The notes beneath the pieces are model-generated. The model was not told where the DNA came from, searched no databases, and worked only from the letters and a program-made list of their open reading frames with translations. DNA of 64,000 bases, from positions 10,407 to 74,406 of the forward strand of contig JBFLWK010000002.1 in NCBI GenBank assembly GCA_040757695.1. The letters are read 5' to 3'. Below, piece by piece: positions 8,193 through 23,100 of this stretch. The position numbers and the translations under genes were made by a program. Source of the DNA: Elusimicrobiota bacterium. GTDB taxonomy: Bacteria; Elusimicrobiota; UBA8919. Within the stretch, counting starts at the first letter, position 1. Every line of letters starts with the position of its first letter.

Positions 8193-11100
8193 ATGAAAAA
8201 GACGCTGAAGTATCGGCTGCTTTTCCTTCTACCTTCTACCTTCTACCTTCTTACCTGTCTTTATGCTGGTTCGTCCTTGCATTATGTTAATCACTGGCAT
8301 GACCATCAGCCAATCTACTGGCCTAACAAAACACGCGCTTCATCTGCCAACCGATATGAATACGGAAACGAGACAATCAATAACAAAAACAATTCGCCTT
8401 ACGCAGGACATTCGTCTGTAGATGTTTTTGGTGTGTTTAATGTAGACGATAGAAAAGCCGCTTACCAGTATCGTTGTAAAGATGCACTTGGAACAATTAC
8501 TGGTTATCCTGAAGCAGGCTTTACTATTTCATATACAGGTGCGCTTGCAGAAAATGTGAAATCACTCGGTGACGCATATGCACTCGGCTATGGTCCTGAC
8601 TGGAACAATCCCTGGAAAGAAGCACGCGCTTGGACAACTTCTGGTGGAAAATCCAGGATGGATATTTTACTGACTGGTTTTCATCACCAGTTTTTTCCGC
8701 TTCTGCCCGACGATACATTAGCACGAAGAATAATTCAGTTATACAAACAGGGCTATCCTGAATGGTGGGGTACAACACCTTCACAATCTACTGGTTTCTG
8801 GCCAATGGAACTCGCATTTTCAGAGCGAATGATACCAACACTTCTATCAGAGGGTGTTACCTGGACTTATATTGCAAATAGCCATATCTCGCGGTGTATG
8901 CCGAACTGGCCTGCAACGCCCGGTAACGGAATGAATACAGAGCCGCCAAACAAAGCAGACCAGTATAATCCAAATGGTACTGCGGGATGGCGGAACGCAA
9001 CGCAAGATGGAAGACCCACAACTAATGATTTACGAGAGGCGTACAGACCTCATTATGCTAAATATATTGACCCTGAAACTGGCACAGCGTCAAAAATAAT
9101 AGTTGTTCCTTGCGGTGATTACGAAGGTTATATTGACGGTTATCAGACATTTGATGTTGGGCTTTTTGATGCAATTGCCGGCGCACAAGATGCAACACGT
9201 CCTGCCCTTGTAGTATTAGCACACGATGGAGATAACGCCTGGGGCGGTGGTTATGATTCTTATATGACCAATACACCACAGAAAGCAAGTGGTGCAAGTG
9301 CTCGGGGCTATACACCTTCACAGACATCACAGTATTTAGCAGACCATCCTGTACCTGTTAGTGATATCTGGCATGTTGAAGATGGTCCGTGGGTAAATGC
9401 AGCGGGTGATTTTGGCTCGCCTACTTTTTCAAACTGGAACTGGCCCTGGAAAAAGGATAATCTGCCAAATGCACCGACATTTGACTCAACCGCATGGGAT
9501 GATAATTCGCAATTCTGGGCAATTTTAACAGCAGGAACAAATCGCATTCTAACCGCTGAAAGTTATGTCGGCACTCCGAATATGGCAAATGTTTTACATC
9601 CAGACCAGACCACACCATCAAATATAGATTTAGCATGGCACTACTGGTTAGCAGGGTTTGATTCCGGACATGTTTATTACGGGACTGCCGAAGATTTTTC
9701 GTGGATACCTATTATCGCCATGAACAATGCGATGCCTTATTGCGATGCGATTATTGGCAGTGGCGAGATTACAGGTGCTGATACCGTTCCGCCAACTGTA
9801 TGGATACCGCAGAGATTTCCATATAATCCTGGCTCGTTGAATTATGGCTGTGCGTATAATTATAAGTCATTCAATTATCCGGCAGAGTTTGATGTGTACA
9901 GTTTTGTATATGATGCTTCTGGGCTTTCATCTGTAAAATTAAAATATAGAACAGCAACAGGTGCGAATACTACACCAATTGAGCCGGATAATTTTATTTA
10001 CGCAGGCGGAACAGCAGTAACCAGTTGGAATGAAATAAATATGTCTACAGGCACATGGACGGTAAAAGTTATGTTAAATGGAACCGAACAGATTCCTGCG
10101 CCTGTTACACCGAATTATATGCCTGTTAGATGCTGGGCACATGTCTCACCGGGTGCCAATAAACTTGTTGATTACTATATTGAAGCGACGGATAAAAAAG
10201 GCAATATCCGGAAAACAGCAATTCAACACTGCTGGGTTGGTGATGGCTCAGGTGCAGGTGGTGGTGGAACACAACTCTGGACACCAACAAATCCAACTGC
10301 AAGCGACCAAATTACTATTTACGGCTCTATTCTCGGCAAACCTGGCAAACTGCATTGGGGTGTTAATGGTTGGACACAGCCGTCATCAGAATACTGGCCA
10401 AGCAACTCCACAACAACCGTCTATGATGCACAATCAGTTGAGACGGTGATGCTGTTTGATGGAACTTCTTACTATATTACACTCGGTCCTTTCAACAAAA
10501 ACCAGGCAGTAAGCGAGTTAAATTTTGTATTCCATTGGGATGATGGCACCTGGGATAATAATGGTGGCGCAAACTGGAAAATTGCGATAAGCCCTGTGGA
10601 TACAACACCGCCGGCAAGCCCTCAACGACTGACTGCAACTGCAAAAAATACTGCAATTGACCTATCCTGGCAGGCGAATACAGAACCGGATTTAGCCGGT
10701 TACAATATCTATCAATGGTTCGTTTCAAGTTATGCTGTTCTCAATTCACAACTTGTAACATGGACAACTGGTTACACTGTCTCCCAACTAACAAACGGTA
10801 CAACTTACACATTTGTCCTAACCGCAAAAGATACTACTGGCAATGAAGCCGGATATTCTACATCTGTAACAACCTCGCCTGTAGCAACTGATACATTTGC
10901 ACCCCAAACACCAACCAACTTCTCAGTTTCAGGCGGTATTGAGAAAACAATCCTTAACTGGACCGCTAATCTTGAAACAGACCTATACGGCTACAGGGTC
11001 TACAGAAGCACATATACCAGTTCGTTCGCTCAAAAAGTTTTTATTGCAACAGTCACAGCACCATCTTATTCATATAATGATTCAGGACTAACTGCCGGGC

Positions 11101-14100
11101 TTACATACTACTATCAAATCACAGCACTTGATAATCTGTATAATGAATCATCTGCGACATCTGAAAAATACGGGCTTGCTCAATCGGTCCCACCGCCATC
11201 AGCACCAACCGGTCTTGTTGCAACACCCGGGAATGCAGAAGTGTACCTGAACTGGAACCCGAATACAGAAGCAAATCTCGCTGGCTACAATCTATACTGC
11301 TCGTCTGTCGGTGTATATTACAAAGTTAATACCGCGCTTATTACAGGTGCAACAACCTATTCGCATACTTCACTCACAAATGGTGTAACCTACTACTATA
11401 AACTCACCGCAGTAAATACTGTCGGAGGTGAATCGCAATTTTCAAATGAGGTTTCTGCAATACCTGCTGCGTTAGTGCCTGTTATTTTTCAGGTTGATAT
11501 GCGAGATATCGCAAATGTGACTTCCGTAAATATAGCAGGCGATATTTTAACGCCAGCATGGTCAGCAACTGCCAATCCGTTAACAAACCAATCAGGCACA
11601 CTTTCAGGTATCTGGAAAGTCACTATTAGTCTTGCTCAAAATGCAACGCTTAAATACAAATATACATATAATGGCGCGAATTGGGAGAACGATTTCGGTA
11701 CCGCACCGAATAACAACCGTCAAATTACAATCAGCCCGAATAATGCGAATTCTATGTATGTCTCAAATAAATGGAACATAGCAGGCGATGCGATACCTCT
11801 GGTTCCAACAGGGCTCACCGCAACAGGACAATTAGATAGCAAAATACTTGTAAAATATAACGCAAATACTGAGTGGGATTTACATGGCTACAACATTTAT
11901 ACAAGCAGTTATTCTTCAACAGTTGGCTATATCAAAAGTGTTTCTACAACAACCTCAACATCTTATTTGCTTTCCGGACTTGAGAATAACAATACATATT
12001 ATGTAAAAATAGAAGCACAGGATTTATCAGGACAGAAAAGCGGTATCTGCGGGCCGGTTTCTGCGATTGCGGGTGTTGATGACCCACCAGCAGTTGTCAC
12101 GGGCTTAACTGCGACTGCTAAAGATTCTGCAGTTGAACTGAAATGGTCTGCAAATACAGAATCCGATTTAGCCGGCTATTATGTATTCTGGTCAACAAAC
12201 ACAGGTGGTCCTTATTCAAGCACATCCACATTTATCTCGTCAACAACAGTTATCTATACCGCGTCACCATTAACAAACGGCACAGCATACTATTTTGTTG
12301 TCCGTGCATCAGATACCGTTGGGAATTTAAGTACAAATTCATTACAAGTAACTGCTACACCATCTTCTCAGCCAAGTTATGAAGAACGCACTATTGATGG
12401 CAGTTTCCTGGATTGGAAATTTTCTGATGTCAGGGCTCTGGATGCCTGTGAGGATACATATAATTTTTCAGATGGCTATGATTCTGCGAGAGATATTGTA
12501 GCACTTTATTCTCGTGAAGGCGTTAATAATTACTATTTCAGGGTTGATTTTCACGAGTTAGGGCTTTATGCAGAAAACGGCTATCTGGACTTGTATCTCG
12601 CTATTGATTGTGCAACAGGCGGACAGGTCTGGCTGCCTGATTATATGGACTGTCAGACGGACAAGCCGTGGGAAATATGTATCGCACTCTATAACGCTAC
12701 CTCTGCGAGTATTTACAAGAACGACTGGACGACGGTAAATACCGCATTCCAGGGTGCAAAATTTAATAGCCAGTATGACTCTGTAGAACTCGCAATCTCA
12801 AAATCAGCACTCACCGCTTACGGCTGGACACCCGGGACACCAATTGGGATTCAGACATTTTCAACAAAAGATGGAACCAATGGCGGAACCGGCGAAATTG
12901 CCGGTGCTTCTGATATTGTTGATGCCATTGAAGACGATGATAGGGGATATTCCGACGGTATTTTGAATGGAAACACACTTTCTACCGCATCAACTGGCAG
13001 GGCAAAATACGGATTTATTTATCACGGGAACCAATCACTGAATCTTGCGAATGATATTCGGGGCTGGATTTACACAACTTATCTTGACCATACACCAACG
13101 GGCTATCGGCGTGGGCTTGATACTATAGAAAATTTCGGTGTAAAAGGCAATATCCATGTAAGCGGAACTTTAGCAAGTGCGATACAGTGGGCAGACACTA
13201 CTTTCAATCAACGGATTGCTAATCTAACCTCTAACGGACAGACCGCGGTTATTGGTGGCGTGTTAGCAGAACATATGATGCCGTATTTTGAGGACTCCGG
13301 CGGCTATAATCCAAATTCGCGTGCGATACAAAATGGGACGGAGCTATTAACCTCTATATACAACCTCGCAATACAGCCAAAGGTCTTCTGGACTCCTGAA
13401 AGAGTAATCCGAGGACTGACATTCGCTGATATACTTACTAACCACGATACGGGACAGCCAACCGGTTATACCGCCACTGTATTAGACGACAAATACCATC
13501 TCAGGAACTGGTTTGCAATGCCGGATTCACAAAGATTCAAGTTGCATAAAATAAATGGTGTCTATGTGTTCCTAATTAACGGTGTCCGTGCAGATAGCGA
13601 GGCACAACCGGGCGATACCAATCAACTCACTTACGGCTACTACGACCCTGATGGCGCCAAATTCTGGAATCAGGACAACGGAATGCATATCGGAACCAGA
13701 AAATTATTGTTAGAAAGAGCGCAGGATTCAGACCAGGAACAACTTGTGCTCGTGTTTGACGATTGGGAAGCATATGCGGGCAGGTCATTCACTTCAGCAC
13801 TGCCAAACGATAACGCGGATAACTGGGATAAGACAATCGGCTGGGTTGCAAACCACCAGTGGATTGAGACGGTAACACTTGAAGATATTCTTTCACGCGG
13901 CTGGACACCAATAGACCACGGAACTAATACAACACTGCCAGTTGTCACATATGACTGGCTGATGCATGCCTGTGAGAACTCATATGACAACTGGTATAAC
14001 GGCACATCTCTGGAAGAAAGTTTCTTAAATCGTATCCCGAATGTGAAAGGCACTACCCCACTGCCATCAAACAAAAAATACGGGAATCTGGCAACTGCTG

Positions 14101-17100
14101 GAACTATTATTCGCGATACATGGAGTGATATTAAACTTGCTACTGCTACACAATTAAGCACACTGGCAGGTATGGTCTATAATACGCTTAACTACGAAAC
14201 CGCATGGCATGATGAAGATAATTCTGACAAGTTTTCAGCCGCGGATACAACATATGATACTATCTCCGGCTGGGCGTTGTATCTGCACGGACATATCAGG
14301 CATTCTTCAATAATTGCGAAAGCAGCACAATGGGCGAATGCGGTTTCTACTGGCGGGATATCTGCTAATACAGTTGCTCAATCGGTTGATTTAGATTCCG
14401 ACGGTGAATTAGAGCATTTGCTCTATAACAACAAGGTCTATTCCGTATTTGAAAAATACGGTGGACGAATGATAATGGGTTTTGCATATCAGCCAACCGT
14501 CGGGGTGGGGGGGGTACAACTTATCGGCGCACCTGCTACAAATTACGATAACGAAGGCGAAGAGGAATCAACCAGACATATTTCGGCATTCAGAGACGAA
14601 AATCTCGGTATCTATTGTAACGATACTTATTCTGTATCTGTCTGGACTTCGTCAATCACATTCACATCGTCCGATGGTAAAATCACAAAAATAATCTCAT
14701 TACCTGATAATTCAGATACATTAACCGCAAACTATACTCAAACACTTGGCACAAATCTTTATGTCAAATTCGGGCTTTCACCTAATGTCTATGATATGTA
14801 TTTTAACGGGAAACAGAACCTTTTAGATATTAGTTCTACAACATATATTGGACTGAAAAATACAGCCGGCGGTAGTGTCTATCTGGCACTTAACGGCGGC
14901 GCAACACTTAACTCGGCTTATACCGACGGAACAGCTGACAATACAAACGCAGCACATACACGGGTCTTTGAGGTTTATGGTGGTGCCAATTTTTCGGTAT
15001 CTCTCACGCTCTCGGGAACCTCTGCTGTTGACTCAACCCCACCTTCTGCGATTACAAATTTAGTTGCTACAACAGGCACAAACGATGGTGAACTTAATCT
15101 TACCTGGACTGCACCCGGTGATGATGGTACCGTCGGGAATAATACCACAGATGCAAAATACGAAGTAAAATTCGCAACCTACGGTGTGGTTGGCGGGAAC
15201 ATTGAAGGCTGGTGGACAACTGCAAATACATATTCGCAAAACTGGCCAGTTGCAAACTGCGGTGTTACAGAAACCAAAACACTCACAGGACTGAACCGCG
15301 CAACCTTGTATTTTGTCGGTATCAAGACAATAGATGATGCAAATAACAAATCAGATATAACAATTGTTGCGTCCGCTTATACACCTTCTGATACCATTCC
15401 ACCGTCGGCAATTACTACGCTGTCTGCATTAACAGGCGATAATTCAGGCGAAATAAAACTTTCATGGCTGGCACCCGGTAACGATGGCACCGTCGGAACT
15501 GCGTTAGGTTATGATATAAGATACTCTACTATTGCTTCTGTGTCACCTGCAATTTCTACATCAACATTTTATTCTGCAATCCCCTATCCCCTATCCCCTA
15601 TCCCCTCACCGTCAGGCACACAGGAAGTATTCACACTCACAGGACTTTTATACGGAACAACATATTATTTTGCAATAATTTCTAAAGATACAAATAATTA
15701 TTCAGCACTTTCTAACGGTGCAACCGCAGTTGCTAAACCAGATACTAGCCCACCTGATGCAATTACCACACTTTCTGCATTAACAGGAAGTTCAGTAGGC
15801 GCCGTGCAACTCCAATGGACCGCAACAGGAGATGATGGAACTGTTGGGGCAGTAGTAAATGGTAAGTGGCAAGTGGATTACAGTACAATTTCCAATTACC
15901 AATTCACAATTGACAATTACAAATTACAAATCACTACTTCCTACTCACCACTCACTAATCACTATTCACTAATCACTGGTTTAACCGAGGGTGATACATA
16001 CTACATTCGGCTCTGGGCGACTGATGAAGTGCCAAACTGGTCAGGGCTCTCTAACGCAGCAACCGCGCAGGCAAAAGTTGATGATATCGCACCTGCAATA
16101 ATTACTGACTTGACAGGATTTACAGGATTATCAGATGGCGAGGTTATATTGCAATGGACATCACCCGGCGACGATAACTGGTCTGGAAATTTAACCGGTC
16201 AATTTGAAATTCGCTACTCCACAGACCCTAATCTCTCAATCTCTCAATCTCTTAATCTCTCTACTTCCTCTGTTGCTCCCCTATCTCTTATCTCCTATCT
16301 CATATCTGATTTAACCGAGGGTTCAACTTACTATTTCAAGATAAGAACTGCTGATGATAAAAATAACTATTCTCAACTTTCAGGTGGAACGACTGTCCAA
16401 GTTGACCACACCGCACCTGCTGGAATTTCTAACCTGACTGCTTTAACAGGCACACTTGAAGGTGAAATTACTCTGAAATGGACTGCACCGGGTGATGATG
16501 GAACTGTCGGGACTGTTTCTGGCTATCTTGTAAAATATGCAACCGCACCTGTAACTACTAATACTTTTTACAATGCCACAAGCGTAGGGGGGGAATTAAT
16601 TCCCCCCCTACCATCGGGTAGTGAGCAATTATCTACAATAACTGGGCTTACACCATCCGCAACATACTATTTCGCGATAAAAGCACAAGATGATAAAAAT
16701 AATTGGTCTGTATGGAACTCATCGTTAGATGTCTCAGGAGTGAACACATCATGCATTGCAGCAGTCCAATCAATAATTCCTGCGGCAATCACAAACCTGT
16801 CGGCACTTTCCGGCACCGAAACAGGCAGTATCAAAATCACCTGGACTGCACCTTGTGAAGATGGGACTTACGGGAATGCAGTTGCTTCCTACGAGATTCG
16901 GTATGCTACTTATTCATTTGATGAGGCAGAGTTCTCACAGGCAACATATCTTACATATCCGCCAACACCAGCATCACCAGGAACAACCCAATCCATAACA
17001 ATCATAAATCTTACGCAGGGTGCACAGTACTATTTCAGAATAAAATCAAAAGATGATGCAAACAATATCTCACCGATAGATACAACATCTCCACAATCAA

Positions 17101-20100
17101 ATGCAATAGCAACAACTGGTGGGACACTTCCGAAACCACCTATATATATCGCTTTCCAGTGGCATATGCACCAGCCAATATACTATCCTTACGAAACCGC
17201 ACCGCAGACAGATGATAATGCAAGATATTCATTCAGTGTTGTCCATGTTCATAACGATAGAACAGGTCCTTATACCTCATGGCCCAATATGGCGATACAG
17301 AAAGGTGTTACAGCAGGGCTTAAACATCTCGGTGCGCAGGTCTCTTTCAGTGGCTCATTATCAGAAAATATAAATAATATCGTTGCAGCGGGCAGGGGAT
17401 TCTGGTCAGGTTGGCAGAATGATTATAAAACAGGATACAACTCGCTTACACAATCGGAAACAACAACGCCACCCGGTGCCGCAGGTCCCGGGGGAAATAA
17501 TCCACGACTTGACCTAATCGGGTTCGGATATCACCATCCTTTAATGGGGCTTGTTTCTTATTCCGATGTCAGAAAACAGATTCAACTCCACAGACAACAG
17601 CATTCAAATGTTTTTGGAATCACAAGTTATTCAAAAGGAATCTTCCCGCCTGAAAATGCATTCCGTCCTGAAATGATACCTGCACTTGTTGATGAAGGGA
17701 TACAATGGGTAATAGTTGACAATATCCATTTTGATAGAACGGTTCAGGGCTATCCGTGGAATTCTGGTGGGAATTTATACGAGCCTAATCCTTCTGACCA
17801 GATAAACAATCCGTCAGGCATAACATGGCTGCAACTTGTTAATCTCTGGGCACCGACAAAGGTCTCTGTGCCGTGGGGCTACAGACCGCATTATGTTCAA
17901 TACACAAACCCTGAGACAGGCATTTCTAAAAAAATTATAGCAGTCCCCGGCGCAAGATATGAAGGTAACGAAGATGCACGTGGTGGATTCGGTGCTTTAC
18001 TGTATGAAGCGGTGATGTCACAATATGAGGCATACAATACAGATGCACAGCATCCAATGTTAGTTGTTCTACCACATGATGGCGATAATTACGGTGGTGG
18101 TACACTTTCTTATTACGATTCTAACTTCCAGAATTTTGTCAACTGGCTTTTAGCAAACCCGTCAAGATTTGTCTGCACAACTATCCAGGACTATCTGGAT
18201 ATGTTCCCGCCTGACCCGAATGATATTATTCATGTTGAAAATGGCTCGTGGTCAGGTGCGGATAACGGCGACCCTGAATTCTTAAAATGGAACGGTGACC
18301 CCTCAAACGGATATTCACCTGATAGAAATTCATGGGGGATTGTTACTGCTGCAAAAAATCGGTTAGATACCGCAGAGTCAATTTTACCAGCAGGTTCAAT
18401 TACCGATATCCTGAATAATACCGGCAATAATACTGCAAAAGCATGGCATTATTATTATAATGGTCAGACATCGTGCTACTGGTATTGGGATGGAACAGAA
18501 ATATGGGATTCTAACCCGGCAAGAGCGTGTAATCTCGCGGTCTCATATGCAGACCAGGTGCTTGGTTCAACCCCTAATGATATTATAGCACCGACGATAT
18601 ACATCCCTCAACGAGAGCCGTACAACCCTGGTGGCACAGAATGGGGTGTGTTGAAACCATCAACCTTTACCGTCTGGACATATATTTATGACTTATCAGG
18701 ACTGAATTCGGTTTCATTAAAATACCGTGTTGATGCAGATGGTGTTCGCGATGGTGCTAATGACTTGTATTCAGGCGGGACATGGAATTCATTGACGATG
18801 ACAGGCACAACAGAGCCATCAAATACCAATCCCCAGCCAATGTATAAAGCACAAAAATTTTCTGCTGATATAATAGGGCAGTCAAACAAACTTATTGATT
18901 ATTATGTTGAGGCAACAGATACAAAAGGCAATCTCAGTAAATCACCAATTATTCATGTCTGGGTAGGACAGTCAACAACACCGGGGCAGACAACACTCTG
19001 GCAGCCATCAAACCCGACGAAAAATGATATTATTACTGTAAATGCCTCACAGACAAAACCTGGCAAACTTCACTGGGGCGTGAATAACTGGACACTCCCA
19101 AATTCTGCATACTGGCCTTCAGGAACTGTTGATTACGGTGATGGTAAATCAGTAGAAACACCGCTACTTTTAAGCGGTTCTTCATATTATATCCAAATCG
19201 GTCCTTTTAATAATCCTATACAGCAAGTAACAGAGATTAATTTTGTATTCCACTGGGATGATGGTTCTTGGGATAATAATTCAGGACAGAACTGGAAAAT
19301 ACCGGTTGATAATACAGTTATTTCTACACCAACGGTAAATATCACATACCCTGCAAATAATTCGTCGGTCAGTGGCTCTACTGTGAATGTTACCGCATCC
19401 GCAACTGATGATATCGGTGTTACAAGGGTAGAATTTTATTACAAAATATCAACCGATACCGTCTGGACAATTATTTCAACAGTAACCGTTACACCTTACA
19501 GCACTTTCTGGAATACGCTATCACCCCCCCTTGCCGAAGATAAACAGTATATTCTTATTGCAAAGGCGTATGATGCTGACGGAAATTATGGGATTTCTCC
19601 GGAAGTAACAGTGCGTGTGAACAATACAAACTCTGCACCGACGATTACTGTGACATCACCTAATGGCAGCGAGATTTGGGCTGGTTCACAAAATATTACA
19701 TGGACAACTAACGATACTGATGGTGATACATTGTTGATTACACTACAACAGTCAACACAAACCGCGGCAGGCACAAACTGGATAAATATAATTGTCGGGA
19801 TGAATAATCTTGGCAGTTATGTATGGAATACAACACTGGTTGCGGATGCGACGAATTATTTAATTCGTGCTATTGCAACAGACCCCGGCGGACTTACAGG
19901 GCTGGATATTTCAGACGGGATATTCAGAATAAGAAATACGGATACCGAGGCACCATCAGCAATCACTAATCTGTCTGCGTTACCCGGTACTTACGGCGGT
20001 CAGATTCAATTAACATGGACTTCGCCAGGTGACGATGGCACAGTAGGGGCAATTCAAAATGGGGAATTCAAAATTCAAAATTCTACATGGACAGAAGTTA

Positions 20101-23100
20101 TTTGGTCAACAACAAATGCACAGATTAGTATTTCCACATCTGTTACCGCACTTTCCAATATAAATTACACACTCGCTGGCTTAACACCTGGTGATACATA
20201 TTATATCCGTATCTGGACTGCCGATGAATCGGCAAACTACAGCGATATCTCTAACTCAGCAACCAGTTATGCAAATACTGATACAGGCGTAACCTATCAT
20301 CCTGTCAATGTTGATGGCACAATTTCTGAATGGTCTGACCTAAAAGAAAAAATGGATACTTATACCGGTACAACATTTTATTTTACATGGTCGTCAACTG
20401 CAATATATTTCTCAGCCGCTGGGACTCAACCTGAGGATTTTTTTGTGTTTATTGATACTACACCTAATTACGATACAAACGAGGGCTCTACAACATATTC
20501 TAATGGGACTTGGGATGGCTTAAATCATAAACTTCCTTTTAGGGGAAATGTTTCAGTTGCGATGGAAGTGGGTGCGGCTGCTTACTGGGAGATGAGAAAT
20601 TACACAGGCGCTTGGAATAGTGTGCCTTATACATCTGCAGGACCAACAGGCGGAATAGAATACAGTTTTTCAGGCACAAATTCGGAAATGGCTGTTCCAC
20701 TGAGTATAATTGGCAATCCATCTGCAATAAAAGTTGTCGCATTCGCAAAACGAGAAAGCACAAAAGCAGCCTATAAAGCATTCCCGGCTGAAAATACCGT
20801 TAGTGATAGCGGTGATGATAATTTAAGTTGGTATTATAATTTTGCTCAACTTACTTCTGGTAAAAATCCTAACGATGCACCTCATATAAATACTGCAACG
20901 CAAGACCCGTCAGCACCCTGCGCAATCACTAATCTTGCGGCAACTTCCGGCGATACAGCCCCAGCTGCCGACGATTACGGAAAAGTCACTTTAACCTGGA
21001 CAGCACCGCCTGAAGATGGAACCTACGGCACTGCGGTTTCGTATTATATTGTAAGATACAGAACTGATGGTGCTGTTAGTGACTCAAACTGGGCGACTGC
21101 AACAGATGTTTCAGGCGAGCCGGTACCTTCTGCACCGGGTACAAATCAGACATTTGTCGTCGATAATTTAACAGCCGGTACACTTTATTACTTGGCAATA
21201 AAATCAGTTGACGATGCTTCAAAAACATCAGATTTAGATACATCTTCACCAAGACCCTCTGCAAAAGCAGGTGTAACATACCACAATATCAATAACATTG
21301 ATGGAAACATTTCTGACTGGTCTGCATTTAGTGAATTGGTAGACAACGACAATCGCAACGGCGGGAATAAATCATTATACATTACATGGTCGTCAACCGC
21401 AGTATATTTTGCTTATGGTAATAACAAATTTAACGATATGGACTTGTTCATTTTGATAGATACTCATACAAATTATGATACTGCAATTGGGACAAAAACA
21501 CCGCCGGGCGATTGGGATGGAATGCCACAACACTCACTTCCTTTTTATGCAGATTATTCTTTGTCAATTGAAGGTAGTGCCTGGAAAACACTTGACAGAT
21601 GGAACGGTTCTGCATGGGTTAATGATGGGAATGGTGCTAATATTTTCGCATCATCTATAAATGATGCAACCGCAGGTGGGAATTCGGAAATTGCAGTTTT
21701 GCGTTCCGCACTTTCAAACCCAACGCAACTTCGTATTATGTCTGTTCATAAATGGGATACTGCGAAAAATGTTTTTGCATCATTCCCGATAGAAAACCCG
21801 GCACCGAATACAGATACTGCAGTTACATTTACACATTTCTATGTTCTGAATTTGACAGATAGCGAGACACCTTCATCCGCACAGGTGGTCTCTTCAAACG
21901 ACCCAACACCACCATCAGCAATAACAACACTTTCAGCACTGCCAGGCGATAATTCAGGTGAGATAAAATTAAGTTGGCTCGCACCTGGTGATGACGGCAC
22001 AATAGGGCAGATAGTAGATGGCAGCTGGGAGATAAGATACTCAACAGTCCCTAATCTCTCAATCTCTCAATCTCTTAATCTCTCTACTTCCTCTGTTGCT
22101 CCCTTATCTCCTATCTCCTATCTCCTATCTGACTTAACACCCGGCGATACTTACTACTGCCAGATACGCGCCGCCGACGATGTCGGTAACTGGTCAGCAC
22201 TCTCTAATACAGCAACAAGTTATGCGCAAGTAGCAGGACCGCCGGCTGGCTCATTCACACCGGTGATTGATGGAATAAAAGACAGTCAGTGGGGTGGGAC
22301 ACCGAATGCAACCTCTGTGAATTACAAACTGCCCGCTGATTATGCACGCGATGTTTATGTAACAAACGACCAGGCATATCTGTATATCGGCTTCCAGTTC
22401 AAAGGCGACCCCTGGGACGATACAAAATCGGCACATTATAACTTCTTGATAGATACACAGACAACACAAGGTACCGCAACCGACCCGTGGGTTGCTACAA
22501 CACAAGTTTCGTGGAACAATAAGCCGGATGCGGCAGTCAACGGCTGGGTCAATGGTATCACAGCGAATAGTTTCGGTGGTATGCTCAGATATGTCTCTGA
22601 CGGCACAAACTGGGATGGTGGGACAACTCTATTCACTGGAATAGATTTTTCATCATCAAAAAGCAATGATTGGGCAGAGTTCCGTCTACCACTGAATATA
22701 CTCAAAGTCCAGCCGGGTAGCTCAATAAATATAATTCATCTGTTCCGACCTGACGAGACAAAATTAGGTGTCTCTGATTCTACACCTTTTGACTCTTCTG
22801 GCTGTAATGATTACGGGAATGCAAACTCAACAATTTCGTCATCGTTTACTTATACACTTCAAGGTGTAGGTGATACTACAGCACCAAGTGCAATCACAAC
22901 ACTTTTAGCAACACAAGGCGATACAGAAGGAATGCTGAAACTCGCTTGGGCTTCTACCGGTGATGATGGGATATCTGGAACAATTCAACTCGGCGAATTC
23001 AGAATTCAATACTCAACATGGAGTGATGTTTTATGGTCAACCGCTTCCGCACAAGTTATTATCTCAACTTCTGTTGCTCCTTTATCTCCTATCTCCTATC

